Assembly (NCBI RefSeq): GCF_964355755.1
Contig: NC_092680.1
Location: forward strand, 14,889,045 to 14,953,044
DNA: 64,000 nucleotides
Direction of reading: 5' to 3'
Origin: Antedon mediterranea
Lineage: Eukaryota > Animalia > Echinodermata
This document shows positions 1 to 14,600 of the stretch, one piece after another. The notes under the pieces are model-generated. The model saw only the letters and a program-made list of their open reading frames with translations, was not told the DNA's origin and searched no databases. The translations under genes and the position numbers were made by a program. Within the stretch, counting starts at the first letter, position 1. Every line of letters starts with the position of its first letter.

Positions 1-241
1 TCATGTTCACATTATGAAGTACCTTTAGGTATGTCCCTTTGGTAATTAAGCAATGAGGAAAACATCTGAATCTTTACCTCATAGGGTGTCAGTTAAAGAA
101 AAATTGAACATAAGTACCTCACTGGTCTAAATAAGAAATATATGATACTTTTTCTTTTGTATTTGTTATATTTTATATTTGTTATTTCAAAGGTTACACC
201 TATATATAAGTGTACAACTGATCTTAAGGTATAATTTCAAA

Positions 242-1620
242 TCTCTATATTATAAGTGAGAGAGTTTGTACGTTTGTTTGTTTGTTCGTTATACACATTT
301 TCGTTACTGCACACTTGTACGTTTGTTTGTTTGTTCATTATACACATTTTCGTTACGGCACATAACCTTACATATTGGGTATCAAATTGACCGAAATTGT
401 ACCGGGAAAGTTTTAAACTACATTTGAAAAACATCCGCAATCTAGGATCAAAGTTAGGGGCCAAAATGTGGTCAAAATGGCCAACTTTTCCACACTTTTG
501 ATGTTTGTTCGTTATACAAATTTCTGTTTCTGCACGTAACCATACATATGGGGTATCAAAATGACCACAATTGTACCGGGAAGGTTTTAAATTACATTTC
601 AACAATTCCCCGAGTCCGGGTTAGGTGTTTGAGAGGATGGTGGGGATTTTTGCTTGGGCTAGGGGTTATAGGCTATCAAATTGACCAGAATTGTAGTATG
701 ACATTATTAAAGTATTTTAATTATCTCTGGGGCTCTCTGAGAGTTTGGGGTGGGGTCGTAGGCCTTTCAACATGTCTGAAACTGTACTGGCAGTGTAATG
801 TACAAACTATGTTTGAAAACTGCCACTGAGGGGTTATGGGTTCGGATTAATGGCTTAACACACATCTTAAACACCAAGAATGGAGTGTGTTGAAAGGGGA
901 AAGTGTAGAGATACTGGGATTTGGCGGTAATAGAAGTACAACATAATTGGAATTGTACTGGGAAAGTTTACTACATTTGAACTGTCCTGGGGAGGAGTTA
1001 AGGTTTGGTTATTGTGGTGGGATGAGGAGAGGAGAAAGAATATAAGCTGGGGAAGAGGAATTCAGCGGTATCCAAATTAGATATTTTATTCAATATGCAA
1101 TCCAATATGATACCTATTCATTTAGAGGACTTTAAGCCATGCCTATCAGCGATGTATCACCCTCTTAATATTAAGATGCTAAAGTTGGGTATCAAAATGA
1201 CCACAATTGTACCTGGAAAGTTCTAAACTATATTTCAACATCATCCACCATCTTGCATCCAACATAACCGAAACTGTACTGGGAATGTTTTAAACTACAT
1301 TTGAAAACTGCCATTGAGTTATTATGTGTTCGGAGTGGAAACGTCTTAAACACATCACCCAGTATCTGGTGTGTGTTGGGAGGGAGGTGACGGGGGAGAA
1401 AATACTGGCGTAATGAAGTATAACATGATTAAAATTGTACTACGTTTGAACTGTCCAGGGGAGGAGTTAGGTTTGTTGATTGTGGCTGTGATGGTGAGAG
1501 GAGAAAGAAGGCTGGGGGCCACAGTATCAAAATTAGATATTTTAATTATCAGCCAAAATGACACCTATTCATTTAGACAGTTTATATAGGCCTATCATAG
1601 CTACTGTATGTATACCCCTC
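242..1620 (+). mobile_element. Non-autonomous Helitron-like repeat with internal tandem duplications
   Basis: Begins TCTCTATATTATAAGTGAGAGAGTTTGTACGTTTGTTTG (TC start, TATTATAA, (GTTT)n), the layout of invertebrate non-autonomous Helitron 5' ends. A block GGGTATCAAAATGACC...AATTGTACCGGGAAAGTTTTAAACTACATTT recurs at ~376, 550, 670, 1187, with partial copies at ~780, 945, 1270. A ~300-bp direct duplication pairs ~780-1135 with ~1270-1580. The 3' boundary is uncertain. Confidence 0.45.
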
Positions 1621-2638
1621 TCATTTTCAATCAATCAAAGTAACATTTATTTTCTTCAAATTAAAACAGTATACAAAATGGTGTAAAGAAAGGTAATTAA
1701 ATTGAAGTAGGCATGTTAAAAAAAACCAAAAAGCTTGTGACAGACATGCCTATAAACAAAGATGAGATTTGTCCTGTAAAGAATTTTTTTTTTATCTGAA
1801 TAGAGCTAATTAACTAAAACAAATGTTAAGATTTCTTTTAATTGTGTTAACTTTTTAATTCGTATCCATTACTGATTTTTTCTTTTTTTTCCCCTTTCTA
1901 TTATAAGTTTCCTTTTCAACATACAACACTGGTTTGCAGAATATCATAATGAATAGTGAACTTATCTTTGAATTCACTTACTCACTGAACTTATAAATTT
2001 CTAATTTTTATTTTTTGCCTAAGTTCCTGGTTGGTTATAAATAATTATCACTTTTGTTTTAAGGCTCTTCCTTGTTCCTCTCTGATTCATCAGTAGGTCT
2101 ACCATGTGTTCAACTTCAAAATTCTTGAGATGTTTGCCATTGTGCATGTACTGTTGAATAATAAAATACAAAAAGTTGATATGATTTTGTATGTTCTTGG
2201 ACAAGAGTACTGTAATAGGCTAATTCTTGTTTAAAGATGTACAAAAGTATTATAGATCTATAAAATCTGACTTTGAATAAACCATTTTGCAGTTTTAAAG
2301 GAAATAAACGAACAAAAATTATGATATAAAAGTTAAATTTAACCAACCCAAATTGTCTGTCTGACAGACAATTTGACAATTTTTTGCTTAAAATTACATT
2401 TTCAGCCAATCCAATTTTTGGTCAAAGTGAACAACTATTATGTGACAATAAAATGACATATTCAACAAAAAATTAAAAAATAGAAGTTTTTGTTGAGGGG
2501 ACAATCTCTAAATAAGCTCATACAGTTTTATATTTGATTGGTTTTGGAAACCAATAAAATAAGTGATTTCTATGCTGACAATTGCTTTTTTATTTCTGTT
2601 TAATAGGAATTGATAATGGGCTGAATAGGTATATCAAC

Positions 2639-5600
2639 ATGATACACCATTGGAAAATGCATTTTGTATACCTGCTTGTGATTGTTCCATATATTGGCAG
2701 TATTTATGGTAAGTTATATTCAGACTGACTTTGTAAAAGTTTCATACAAATGTAGTAGCCAGCACAGTTAGCTTGTATTCTACAATATTATTCTCTGTGC
2801 AAACAATGCAACCATGATGCATGTTTTATTTACGTGAATCAGCCTTCAGGCACAAAGTTTGTTGTATCCTCATTTGATGGCGGCCATAAATGAACTTGAT
2901 CAATATTTGTAATGTCTCATGAAGTTTGGCAAAGTTCATGCATCAGCCAGCGGAGTAATGCTGAGGCCAAAAGGCCCCTGGTTTTGGCAATCTAAGAGGT
3001 CATCCAACACTGAGGACAGAGGATCATGAAGAGCTGCTGTTGGGGCAAAGTCACTGGCCACTCTGGCGTGTTTAGCGTTTTTCAAAATTGTTCAATAATG
3101 TTTAAATTTTTGACTGTAAATACCATAAACTTCTAATTCTGACTTTTGTGTGTCTTCATGCTAAAATTGTGATGATAAAAAAAAAGACAACCTTTTTAGA
3201 CAATAGCATACAGTAGAATTAAGGTACCTGTAAATTCAATCTCAATGTTTAATCTTTAAATAAATATTAAACTTTTATGAAATAAAATGTATTTGATTGA
3301 TTGATTATTGAACATACACTTTTTAAAGGACCATTTCCTAAATAATAGTATACTATTATATATTATTTACTGTATTCTAAATTATATATTTTTTATCGGC
3401 CCTTAGTATTAGCCAGTGAGGGCTCATAGCATAAGCCAAAATGGTCAGTGACTGACCCTAACCTAACTCAGAGATGGGTATATCGCTTGCCAGACGTTTC
3501 ACTAGTAATTTATTGTATGGCTTTGGACGTGAGTCTACTGTATTCAACAATCAACAATGGAAATACATACTGGTGGTACAGAGGTACCTTAGTCCCATTG
3601 AATACAGGTATACTGTATATCTGATGAATTATATAACTCAGTTCAATTGACATACACACTTAGTTCAGTAGGTACTGGACCTTTATTGAAGAGAAGTACA
3701 CATCTTTTAGAGATATAAACTCATTTCAATTGAAATTCACACTTGTATTGAAGACAGGTATATCTGTTAGGATATTAACTCAAGTTTCCAATAAATCTCA
3801 TTAACAGATACTTTATAATTACAAATATTTGTTGTGGGGCTATACGTCTTTGAATGGCTCTGCTAGAAGAACTGTGTAATATAGATTATGTTATTATAAT
3901 CATAAAATGTTGACCTTATGTCAACACCCTGGTGGCTATATAAATGATAAGGATTTATTAAAGCTACAAGTCAAACTAAACTATATTGTAGGCCCTACCT
4001 AGACATATGCAAAACACATTTTATATACTGTAAAAGATTATTTTATATGGTAAAGATAATGTTAAATGTATTATAGAACAAGAAATATTTATAATAAAAA
4101 ACGCAGCTCGATTTTATGACGTAACAGTTTTAATTATTGTTCTTTCTTCAGAAATAATGATTTATTATCTATCGTGTGTATTATCAAGCAAAAAATATTT
4201 TAAAATTAATTTCGACAATCAAACAAACTATGACATTTTCTTGAACCGAAATAACAAACTTAACATTAACCTTCTTCTTTAAAATGTTCATATATTAAAG
4301 TATTAAAGTTGAAAGTTTATACAAATTAAAGATTTCAACATAGTAAAACATTCATTGCGGTATGTAATAATCTTTCTGCACCAAATCGTTGAACCGTCAG
4401 GCCTAATAGACTCTTTTCCCAGACATGCTTTGGGTCCAGCAAGATGGACCTATAAATTAGTTGAGTTTACAAATTCCCAAACTGTAGTAATATAGCTTTC
4501 GTGTTGATACAGTTTCCTAACGATTCCGTCCTCTGGGAATATAACTGTCTAGAGATGCGGCGCCAAAATCTTATCATTTATGAAAGTTAAAATGCTTAAT
4601 TAAGAATATCAAAACAACCTGGATTTGAATTCGTCACCGTGACGAATTTGGGTTATCCGCCGTCGATACACATTGAAAAACGCAGAAACATTTCCGATCA
4701 CATGAAGTCATTGTCAAATAAATCTGCATTCAAAAAATCTAGATAGCATATGAGTGTATTATTTTCATAACCCATGATAGACCTATTAAACTTTCAATTA
4801 TCTTTATCAATATCTCGGTGCTTGGGAATTCTCTTAAAAATGTCTTCATATATTCTACATGTCTCATAGAAGCAACGTCCACCTTCCCCTTATTTAGGTT
4901 CACTCTACAATTTATGTAATAGACAATTGTAAGTAAATCTAAAAAATGACGTTCTTTGTAATTGTGATACTTTATATGATGTTGAAATAATGCATCTACT
5001 GCCCATGCCCTATAACTCAGATCGTCTCCTTTCTTTGTATGTACGACTATCCAGGGAGTTACACAAGGATTTGTGTCATTTCTGTTATTTTTTTCCCTGA
5101 GGTTAAGCAATGCCATATCAAACTCCTTAAGCTCCTTAATTAATTCTGCATCGTTATTCATTAAATAATGGTGTTTAACTACCAAACCATGATGTCCTAC
5201 ACCATAATCGCAAAAGCCGTTGGGATAGATCAGGTCACCTCCAAGCATGTAGTAATGCAATGCTTTATTCTGGTACTTCAGCATATCTTCAGCAGAACAT
5301 TTTTGGCGTAAGCATGCCAATACATTAGTGATTAACTCTCCTAGCAGTCGGTACAATTTTGTCCTGAACATTCCATCATAGCCTTTCATCACAATGTCTT
5401 CAATGTTTTCAATAACTGACATTATTATTTTCTCTGTAGGTGTGATTATTTCTGAAATATTAGCATTGTTCTCTATCAAGTCTAGGGTTGTTTGATTGGA
5501 AAAATCCTGCGACATCCATCGATCAATTTGCCTTATTAAACTGTCTGATTTAACGTCCTTTAAATCGTCAAGCAACTCTGCAAGACATTTTGTAGTCATT

Positions 5601-8600
5601 GGGTGGTTCAGAAGCTTAGCTTCAAGTACTGCATAATCATCATGTGTATTTACATTTGTAATCTTTAGCCTATTACATATTAAGGCATTTATTATGTGTC
5701 TTACATTGCATTGTCCATCTTCAATACTTGATACCACCTTTGCCCACAAATTTCCTTTTATTACTGTCAAAGTTTTGCATACATTGTCACAAAGCTTCCC
5801 AGATAATTGACCAATCAAATTTTGTTCAGGAATAAAATAATGTGGCAAATTTCTGTGTTGATAACAATTAGTCAGCCAATCTAACACTTTTCTCATTGAA
5901 TTCATCGTGTTTTCTAATACGATTCTTTCAGACATCCATAGGCAAGCCGTCTTTAAATAATATGAACAGTATGGTTTTGGTGTACTGGACTGGTAACTAT
6001 GCTTCATGACTGCTTTTAACGCAACCATGCAGTTAGCAAATGCTTCAGGCATATTGTGAATAAGCTTTTTCTCGGCAATGGAAAAAGATAATCGCCATTC
6101 AGCATCTTTTGACAAACTGTTTTGACGTCCAACAGCAACTACATGACAATCAAGGCAGGAGATCTTGTTCAATAGTTCCTTTGATGGCCAGTTACTTGGC
6201 CTCTTCCTTGTAAAATACTTGTCAGTGATAGATGGCCATGATTGACATGATAAGCACAGTACTGCATCAGAATTAAGCAGAATAGATGCTATTGATGGAC
6301 CATGGATTTCAAAAGTCTCTTTGCCTTTCATAAACCCTGCTAGATACTCTTTTATAAAATCACTACTATTCAGATAACCATCACTGTCAATGGATTTCTG
6401 CAACTGCTGATTTAGGAATTTGTTATCAATAACATGTACTTTAAGCATTAGATATGCTGGATCATCTTTAAATTGTTCAGCTATGACTGTTGCGCTGTTG
6501 TCATCTGTTTCGTAAGGTTGCCAACATACTGTTGGGATTGGAATTTGAATCATGATATCATGGTCACCACAAACAAACCTAGGCATGCCTTCAGCATAAC
6601 TTCCAGTATATAAGGACTTCATGAGGTAACTTCCGGTTCCTTGTACTTTCTGTCTTTGCTTCCAGCCAATATTGTCTATCTCCTCTTTAATTTCCATAAA
6701 AGAGATATGTGCCGATCTGTCAGTTGTTTGACATGCAATTAAATCATTTGCAACTTCATCCATAATGACATCTTTATTCTCTGCCATCACTGAATACTAA
6801 TCAAAATATCACCTGCTTTTAAACACATCAATTGTGTACCTAAAAAATAATGACAGTGGTTGTATTGGTATTGATTTTTATCCTCAATTCAGATTGGTCT
6901 TTTACAAAACCCACTGCAGCCACAGTGCAGCGCCTACCACAAACGACAGGGGCTGAGATGGACCCAGTATATCGGGGTAACCCCTGCTCTAAAGATGCAC
7001 TTGAACTTAAATGAGACACATGTGTAGGCCTACACCGGACCTAGTTATATTAAGTCTTTATCCGAGAAGACTTGTCTACCACCAGAACTATGGTCGAGGA
7101 GAGCTTTGAACCTTTGTCAATTGTATTGCTACGGTTTGTGGCAATTCAGTACCTTAACCGCTCAAACACTCGACTCGATAGGAAACGTTAAAATTTGAGG
7201 ATATATATTTACAAAGAATAATTAGCTGATTAAATAGTGTAAATAAATTAGCTTTATTTTCTATAAGAATTCTTGTACTGTACTGTACCTCAGTTTATTT
7301 AGTACAGACAGTGTCTTTTGCAGTTACAGGCACGCCTTGTGCTATACAGTAAACATGTTAGTTTGCTGCTTTTAGATATGCACAAATTACCTATGATTTA
7401 ATATGTAACCAATCAAGCCTGACATTTAAATATTCAATCCACTATTTTACCTCTAAAGTATCCAAAAACTAGTAAAATCCAATACAAACTTACACTAATC
7501 AGGGGGTGAGTACAGCTAGTAGATTACGTTGATCAAATCTCACAACAAACATGCACTGGGCCTGTGAAGCTTTATGAATTCATACAACACAAAAACTGTT
7601 TGTTCACTGTTCAATGTTATTCCAGTTCATTCAGTTGTTCCATAACAAAGCAACAGAAACTGAGGTTGATGTTTTTGTTTAACATTCATTGAACCATACA
7701 GTGTATTATACTTTAGTTCAAGAGTATATTATAGAATTTACAGCAGGCCCTAAAATGGTAAAATACAGTGCGGAACTGAACCTATTAAATTGTAAATTTT
7801 AACTTGTAAATTTTAATTTTTTTAACAGTGTTTTGATCATCACAGATATTGGCACTGTCCTTATCTTCAGTGGCTATAAAATAATATTGTGAGGAGGCTA
7901 TAGCCTGGAAAAGATGGATGGATGAACTAGGTTTGGGTATAGCGGCAACCTTAACATTTAACATTGGTGTCAACTTATTGCTAAAGCATATTAAGATATT
8001 TTGTTGATATAAAGTTCAATAACCTATCCAAGCAATTTTTTTCTCTTTTGTGATAAACAACCACATTGATTTGTCAAAATAATATAGAATATTACATATA
8101 AATAATTTATAAGAATTATTACATGATTATTCCAAACCATTATAATAGTGAGTTATACATTTTTAAAAGAAAGACGTCGGCACCATACTATATTAATTAT
8201 ACTATCTACAAATTAAGAAAACCAGTGTAAATGGAAAATAACACATTCGGCTTTCTTTTTTAGGCTGTTTCAACATATTTCTAATCAATAAATATGAAAT
8301 GGGTTTTTAAACCATCCATAAGGTCCATATCATGTTTGATTTGTTTATCCTCTACATCTCAAATGTATTTTGTGATTGAAATTTAATCACAGTGGCAGTA
8401 TTCTCCTTGCAATACAACACCAAGTTAAAGTAATTAGAATATAATATTGTTTTATTATTATGACCTTTGAACCTTTAACACATTTAGGTCATGTGTTTTA
8501 TGTAAAATTCTCTCTGAATATACCTGAAACCAGTTTGTCCAAAAACATTTTTTTTCTTAGTATTCAAAATGCATAATGAAACCAACTTTAAAAGAGTGTC

Positions 8601-11600
8601 CAAATTTGAAAATGTTCTTGCTCAAACAATTATCTTCCAATTTCACTCGCTACAAACTTTATTACAGTTTAATATTCTATAAAACATATATAGACAAAAT
8701 TTAGTACTATAAAACCTATACGCTTCCGGTCATACATCAACTTTTTGCACACATGCTTTACATACTTGCACGTCATGTTTGCCTGAAATTTGTTTTATTA
8801 AAAGCAGAAAATCACATGAATCACAAGGATCAACTATAATTCATCAAAATTACATTATTATTACATTATATAGTATTATTCTTGTGACCACAATTTTGTA
8901 CATTTTACAGTATTTAGCCTTAGATTTTGGAATAATAAATTTCCGGTTCAATAAATAATGATTTATTTTAAGTATTTAAAATTTTTTCTCTTTTTCAAGG
9001 TTTTGGTCAAAATATAGATCAAACAGCTTCTTTTCCGATTGAAAATACATCAGCATCTAATCATGGAATGAGTGGTTCTGGTGTGCTGATCAGCTCTTCA
9101 ACTCTTAATCCACAATCTCAAACAACTGAAAAAACCATTAGTGGAATACAGATACAGAGTTCAACTGCTGAGAATAGGATTGATTCAACAAGCTTGACTG
9201 TAACACCACAGACTATTAGTCCAACACAATATTCAACTAACAAAACTGAAAGCACCAATACTATAAATAGTATCTCTACAGCTTTGTCTAATCCCATGCA
9301 AAATTATTCGAATAACCCATCAGAGAGCAAAAACAGTAATAGCGATTTACTCAGTGAAAACACTGAGGCACCACCTACACCTGGGCAAATTGAGCGAGGC
9401 GCTCCTCATTTTACTACAAGAAATCCTGATCTACCCACTAAACAACACAGTGTTCCATATAAGCCTAACACATTTTTTCCACCCAAAAATAAAACAGCTC
9501 CGGTCTCTAGACCAAAATCCACTTCAACACTACCAACAAAACCGCCAAAAACAAAACCACCTAAGCATAGTATGATTACCAAAAAGTACACAAACATTCC
9601 AAGAACAACAATTCCGTTAATTCATACATCAAGGAAACATTGCTCAATATACACAGGAACGCTGTTAGAATTAATTTTTGAAAACAATAGCCAATCACTG
9701 TGCAGAAATCAAATTGAAGAAATACTAAGTGGAATTAGAGAATATGCAAATGAAGTAAATGATATAGGACCTTATTCTGTGTTAGTTCTCAATGACTGTA
9801 ATATTTGTCAAGCACATAATGAGACACAGGTTACTTTAAAATTCTGCATTCAAACAGAAGAAAGTTGTAACTTAGATGCCACTAAAAGGATTTGGAATGA
9901 GATGGATGATCCAAAGGAAATAAAGGACTTAGAATCTTATATTCCTGTTAAGGTAAGGTTTGAAAAGGCATTATATCCTGGGAGTTTTGCTATGATATTT
10001 GGGACCCATCAAATACAAGTTCAGAAGCTGGTCCCTCTGTAATCATTTGACATCGAGAACTGATTTGAAATTTTGTATAGATTAAATAAATTATTAAAAA
10101 ATGGATTGGAAAATTGTTTGTCTGCCCCACACTGGAAGTTAGAGAATAGTTTTATGAGGGTCATTTGTATTTTGATTTGGTATTTTTGTAGTTATTATTT
10201 AAAAACATAATTTATTTTACAGATTGTATCGTTGACCTTAACTGTTACCGAACAGGAATCCATGAATGTTTTATCATTGAGTTTAGGGTTACTAAGTGTT
10301 GCATTTCTCATTTTGATATCTGCAATATTTGTAAGTTTATAAAGAAATTTTTTGTTCCATCATAATTAGCATTTATTATTCATATTCCTATCATTGGCTT
10401 AAGCTACTTTCAAAACGTGCCTGGTTTTTGTCCAACGCCCTAAGAAAAGTATCAAGAGTATTGAGCTTGATTCACATTGAGCACAAATTTGGTTATCCGT
10501 TTACTGCTTTACGCTTACTGCTGATTGGGACGAATGAAAAAATCATACAATTTCAGAAAACAAATGCCTTTTTATCCCTCGCGATTAATTTGAAGACATC
10601 TCCTATGCTTTTAATACCACTGAACCCATTTTCCACGATATTTTTCTCAGGGCACAGGCACAAATCCAGGCGTGATGTGAAAGCAGCTTATGAAGTTCAA
10701 TTTTGAAAGTCTAACAGAATTTCAGTTTAGTGATTATTTGTTGATTTTCTTTTATATCATCATTATTTCATATCATCATTATTCAACATTTTGTTTTACG
10801 ACTCATTTAAAAGTACCCCGTATCTGAATATGGGATATAATAGCTACCAAACCCAGGGTTGAAATCCTGGCTATTGAATTGTCCTTACACTGAAAAAACT
10901 TCACCCAATTAAAAACGTGTTTGTGCAATTGATAGCATGTTTAAATAAAAATAATACTTTTATATCTCTGCAGATTTTTCGTGGAAAATCTAAGAAAAAG
11001 CAACTAAAAGATCGTTTTTACTTTGATGGGAGCACAATTCAAGATTGTCTTGATTCAGAAACCAATGGGAATGTGTCCTTTAGTCTGAACAAGGTTAAAG
11101 ATCGAGAGTTGAAGCATATGTCACTCTTAGTCCCAGCTATCAACCTAGGTTTGGATATAGAAGAGGATCAAAAACCAGAAAATGTAATAATAATATACAA
11201 GTTCTTGCCCGACATGCCCAATCACTCATCCTTCATCTTTGAAAATTCTCCATACGTCATGCCCCACAGTACAATTTTATTCGTAAATTGAAAAATGTGT
11301 AAACTCGTTCGTGAATAACTCATACATTTTAACGTGTCTGTAAAGAGTTGCAAATGAGTTTTTTTTTTTTTTACCGTATTTAATGAGGGTGATTTAACAA
11401 GATGCTCTACATAAATAAAGTCTTATTACAAGTCTTTGGGAGTGTAGTTGTAATTTTGTCCTTAGAAAAAATCCTGACATGTGACGGGACTTGAACCCAG
11501 GACCCTTGGAGTGGTAGCCAAGCATCATAACCACCAAGCCACAACTCAACTCCTAATATGAATACCGAGTGAATGAGGAGGTTTCGCACAGAGCATGAGC

Positions 11601-14600
11601 ATGTAACAAAGTAATCCACGTATGTGAGTAGGAGGAAAAAAGTATGATCGGTAGCGTGCTGCATAAGAATGTTTTTTCCAGCAAAATAGAGGTGGCATTT
11701 ATCATGAAAGTTATATGCAAGATACCATTTCCGGCCATCAAGGTGTGTCATTAAAAATAATGGGGGTGGGGGTGTCGAAGAGTGGCAGTGAGCCTAATAC
11801 CTAGTGTCCGAACCCCACTTTGACAGAAGATAAAATTATTCAACCATTCTGATGTATTCACATCTTACAGAAAATTCATAAAATTACTATAGGTTACTGA
11901 ACTTTTTACATATTTTAGGGTGCCATGATTTCCAACAATGAATCCTTTTTAGAGTATATCTCTGGAGATAAAGTTTATTCTAAAAACGATACAAAATGAA
12001 TTACCTTTCACAGTTCTTATTATTTGCAGTCAAAGGAATTTGGGTTCAGTAATTTATATTTATAAAGTAATATATCTTCAGCAATAGCCAATAACAGGGC
12101 TAGAAAAACCCATTCTATCATAACCAATAACCTTTTTCTTTTGTTGTAGGAATTCCCATCGCACTTGTTATCTGTAAGTGCTTTGAAAATGTACTATACC
12201 TATAAAGAAGCTATTGATGAGGAATTCAAGGTATGTTTGAATCACGCCATAATATTGTTTGTGATTTTGTAAAGATGGTTATATTGTAACCCTTTAGTGA
12301 ATGTCATTCTATTATAGATGGCATTCAGGGAGAGACCTCGTGGGTTGAGAGGAGGAGAGACTTGTACTTATACGATATAAGTTGGTGATTGAAAAACAAT
12401 AATAGAAAATATGACCATTGGTTTAAAGTGTTCTTGAATATTATTTATCATTGTACCTTAATTCGTCAGTACCTTTTTATCGTTAACACCTATGTTTACA
12501 CATACAACATTTCTGGTATAAAGCTATTTTAATAGCCTTATACCAGAAATTTAAAAATTAAAATGTTGTGTTTAAATTGGAGTTATCAACTTAACTCACT
12601 ACACAACTAAAATAGAAAGACTCACATGCTGTTAAAGATGTAAAAAATAGAATGAATACATTTCACTCCTGTGTATAATTAGGATAACAAATGCAATTTG
12701 TGTAAACACTTTGGTATTTTAGTCTGTGGATTACCTTATGCCTTGCATAAAGTCTGATGTGCCCAAGTATGGTGGTGATATGCCTAAATATGGTAGTGAT
12801 TTCACATGTCCATATAATGGGCACATCACATTTTTTTGTCACATAAAGTCTGATAGTGTAGAAAGAGCTTAAGACATGCCAGTATTATGGTATACATCTG
12901 AATGTAGTTTTAGGAGTACAGTGTTATTTTATCACAGTTTCTAATCTTTGTAATTTTGTTTTATTTTTTAGTCTCTACCTAATTTTAGACTGAAAAATCT
13001 ACCTGTAGGGATGGGAAACAAGAATCGAATACCACACATTCTTCCAGCATTAGACACAAGGGTTGTATTGTCCTCAATTAAAGATAGCAATGGATATATA
13101 AATGCTAATAAAATAAAGGTAAAGTAAATGTTGAAAGTTAAATGTATTTATACTTGGTCCACAAGCTAGTAACTGGCAACTGAGAAAATTTGAATTAGGC
13201 CTTCCATTGAGGTTCGACCTCATAACAATAACAGTATTTACAAGGTATATAAAATACAAGTGCTAATGAAAAAAAAATTATAATAATTGTAATAAGATTA
13301 CGGTATTATGTCATAAATAGAAAAAAATCTTTTTTCAAATAATATAGGTATTGTACATATATTTCATAAACATGAATGATACAGAAGACTGTACTGTAGT
13401 ATCCAGCTTAGCTACAGTATACAATAATAATTATAGATTTTGTTTCTCATGATTTTGATATGATTATTAGTAATTATACCCCACCCTCAATTTTTTCTTA
13501 ATTAGTTGTAAATATGTTTGACAATCTTACCCTGGGTGTTTTTTTTAGTCGTTATGATTGCTACTTTTTTCTGCCAAGATGAAACATTTCAGCAATTTTG
13601 GTTATATAGTTTATAACATTTCAACATATTTTATTTATTAGGGATACCAATCATCTACGTTTGCATACATTGCTACGCAAGCTCCACTCAGTAACACGTG
13701 TGTTGACTTCTGGCACATGGTTTGGGAACAACAATCACGCGTGATTATTATGCTGTGCACAAGTGATGAAGTTGGCAAGGTGAGTGAAGGCAGTGACTAT
13801 TGGCACGGTCAACCACGGTCAGCACAGTTGACCATTTGTCTGATGCCTTGTTGTTATCGGCAATTCTGTGTCAGTGGACAACAAAATTTAAACCAAACAT
13901 GAAGGTGCATGGTTGGTCATGCCAATGAATTTGATACATGTGGTCAACAGTGCCAATATACAAATAATAAATGTTTATGAGTGAAATGGTACAAATAATT
14001 TAATGAGTGAAAGTAAACAAACTTTCATGAAATTATTTGTATCACTATCACTAAATATAAAACATTTGTTTTATTACACACCTATGAGAGATGAGGCCTA
14101 AACCATTCAAAGAGGCACCGCTCCAATTTTGGAAGCAAAAAGACAATTGTAGATGGTGCACACTACAGGTTGATCAAACATGATCAGTCAACAAAAGCCT
14201 AGCACATGTGTTTGCTCACTTACTGCTCTTAGAGCATTAACATTTTCATCGAATGAAATATTCTCTCCATTCAACGAATACAACATTATTTATAACACAC
14301 CTACATTTATTCAAGTTATCCATCGTAAATCATTGACAAATGCTAGGCCAGGAAGCTAGGCCAATAGTTTGACTATAAATCCTTCACCTAGATATACTTA
14401 AAACGATAACTATAGTCTATTGCATTATTTCAGAATGTACCACAGTATTGGCCAAAGATAAATGGAATGGAAGGGGCTCTTCTGTTTGGAGAGATACTGG
14501 TTAGTCTTGAGACAGTGACGATCACAGAGCACCACACAGTATCACATCTTGTTGTTAAAGATATTCAGGTGAAATTTGAATTTGTTTACATTTGGTGATA

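Noticed and set aside
237-1589. Short ORFs in the first 1.6 kb
   Set aside because: They lie in an internally repeated element and have no protein motifs or consistent splice sites.
4739-6790. Bacterial CD-NTase/CBASS or contamination
   Set aside because: The motifs are metazoan Mab-21 type, there is no operon, and the ORF sits among spliced genes with an upstream splice acceptor.
7885-8010. Alternative first exon for the PTP gene downstream of the cGLR
   Set aside because: The ATG frames here stop quickly and give no signal peptide with a phase-1 donor. Exon 2639-2708 fits far better.
9068-10042. Stand-alone 324-aa mucin-like gene
   Set aside because: It is exon 2 of the PTP gene (acceptor at 8999, donor at 9953).
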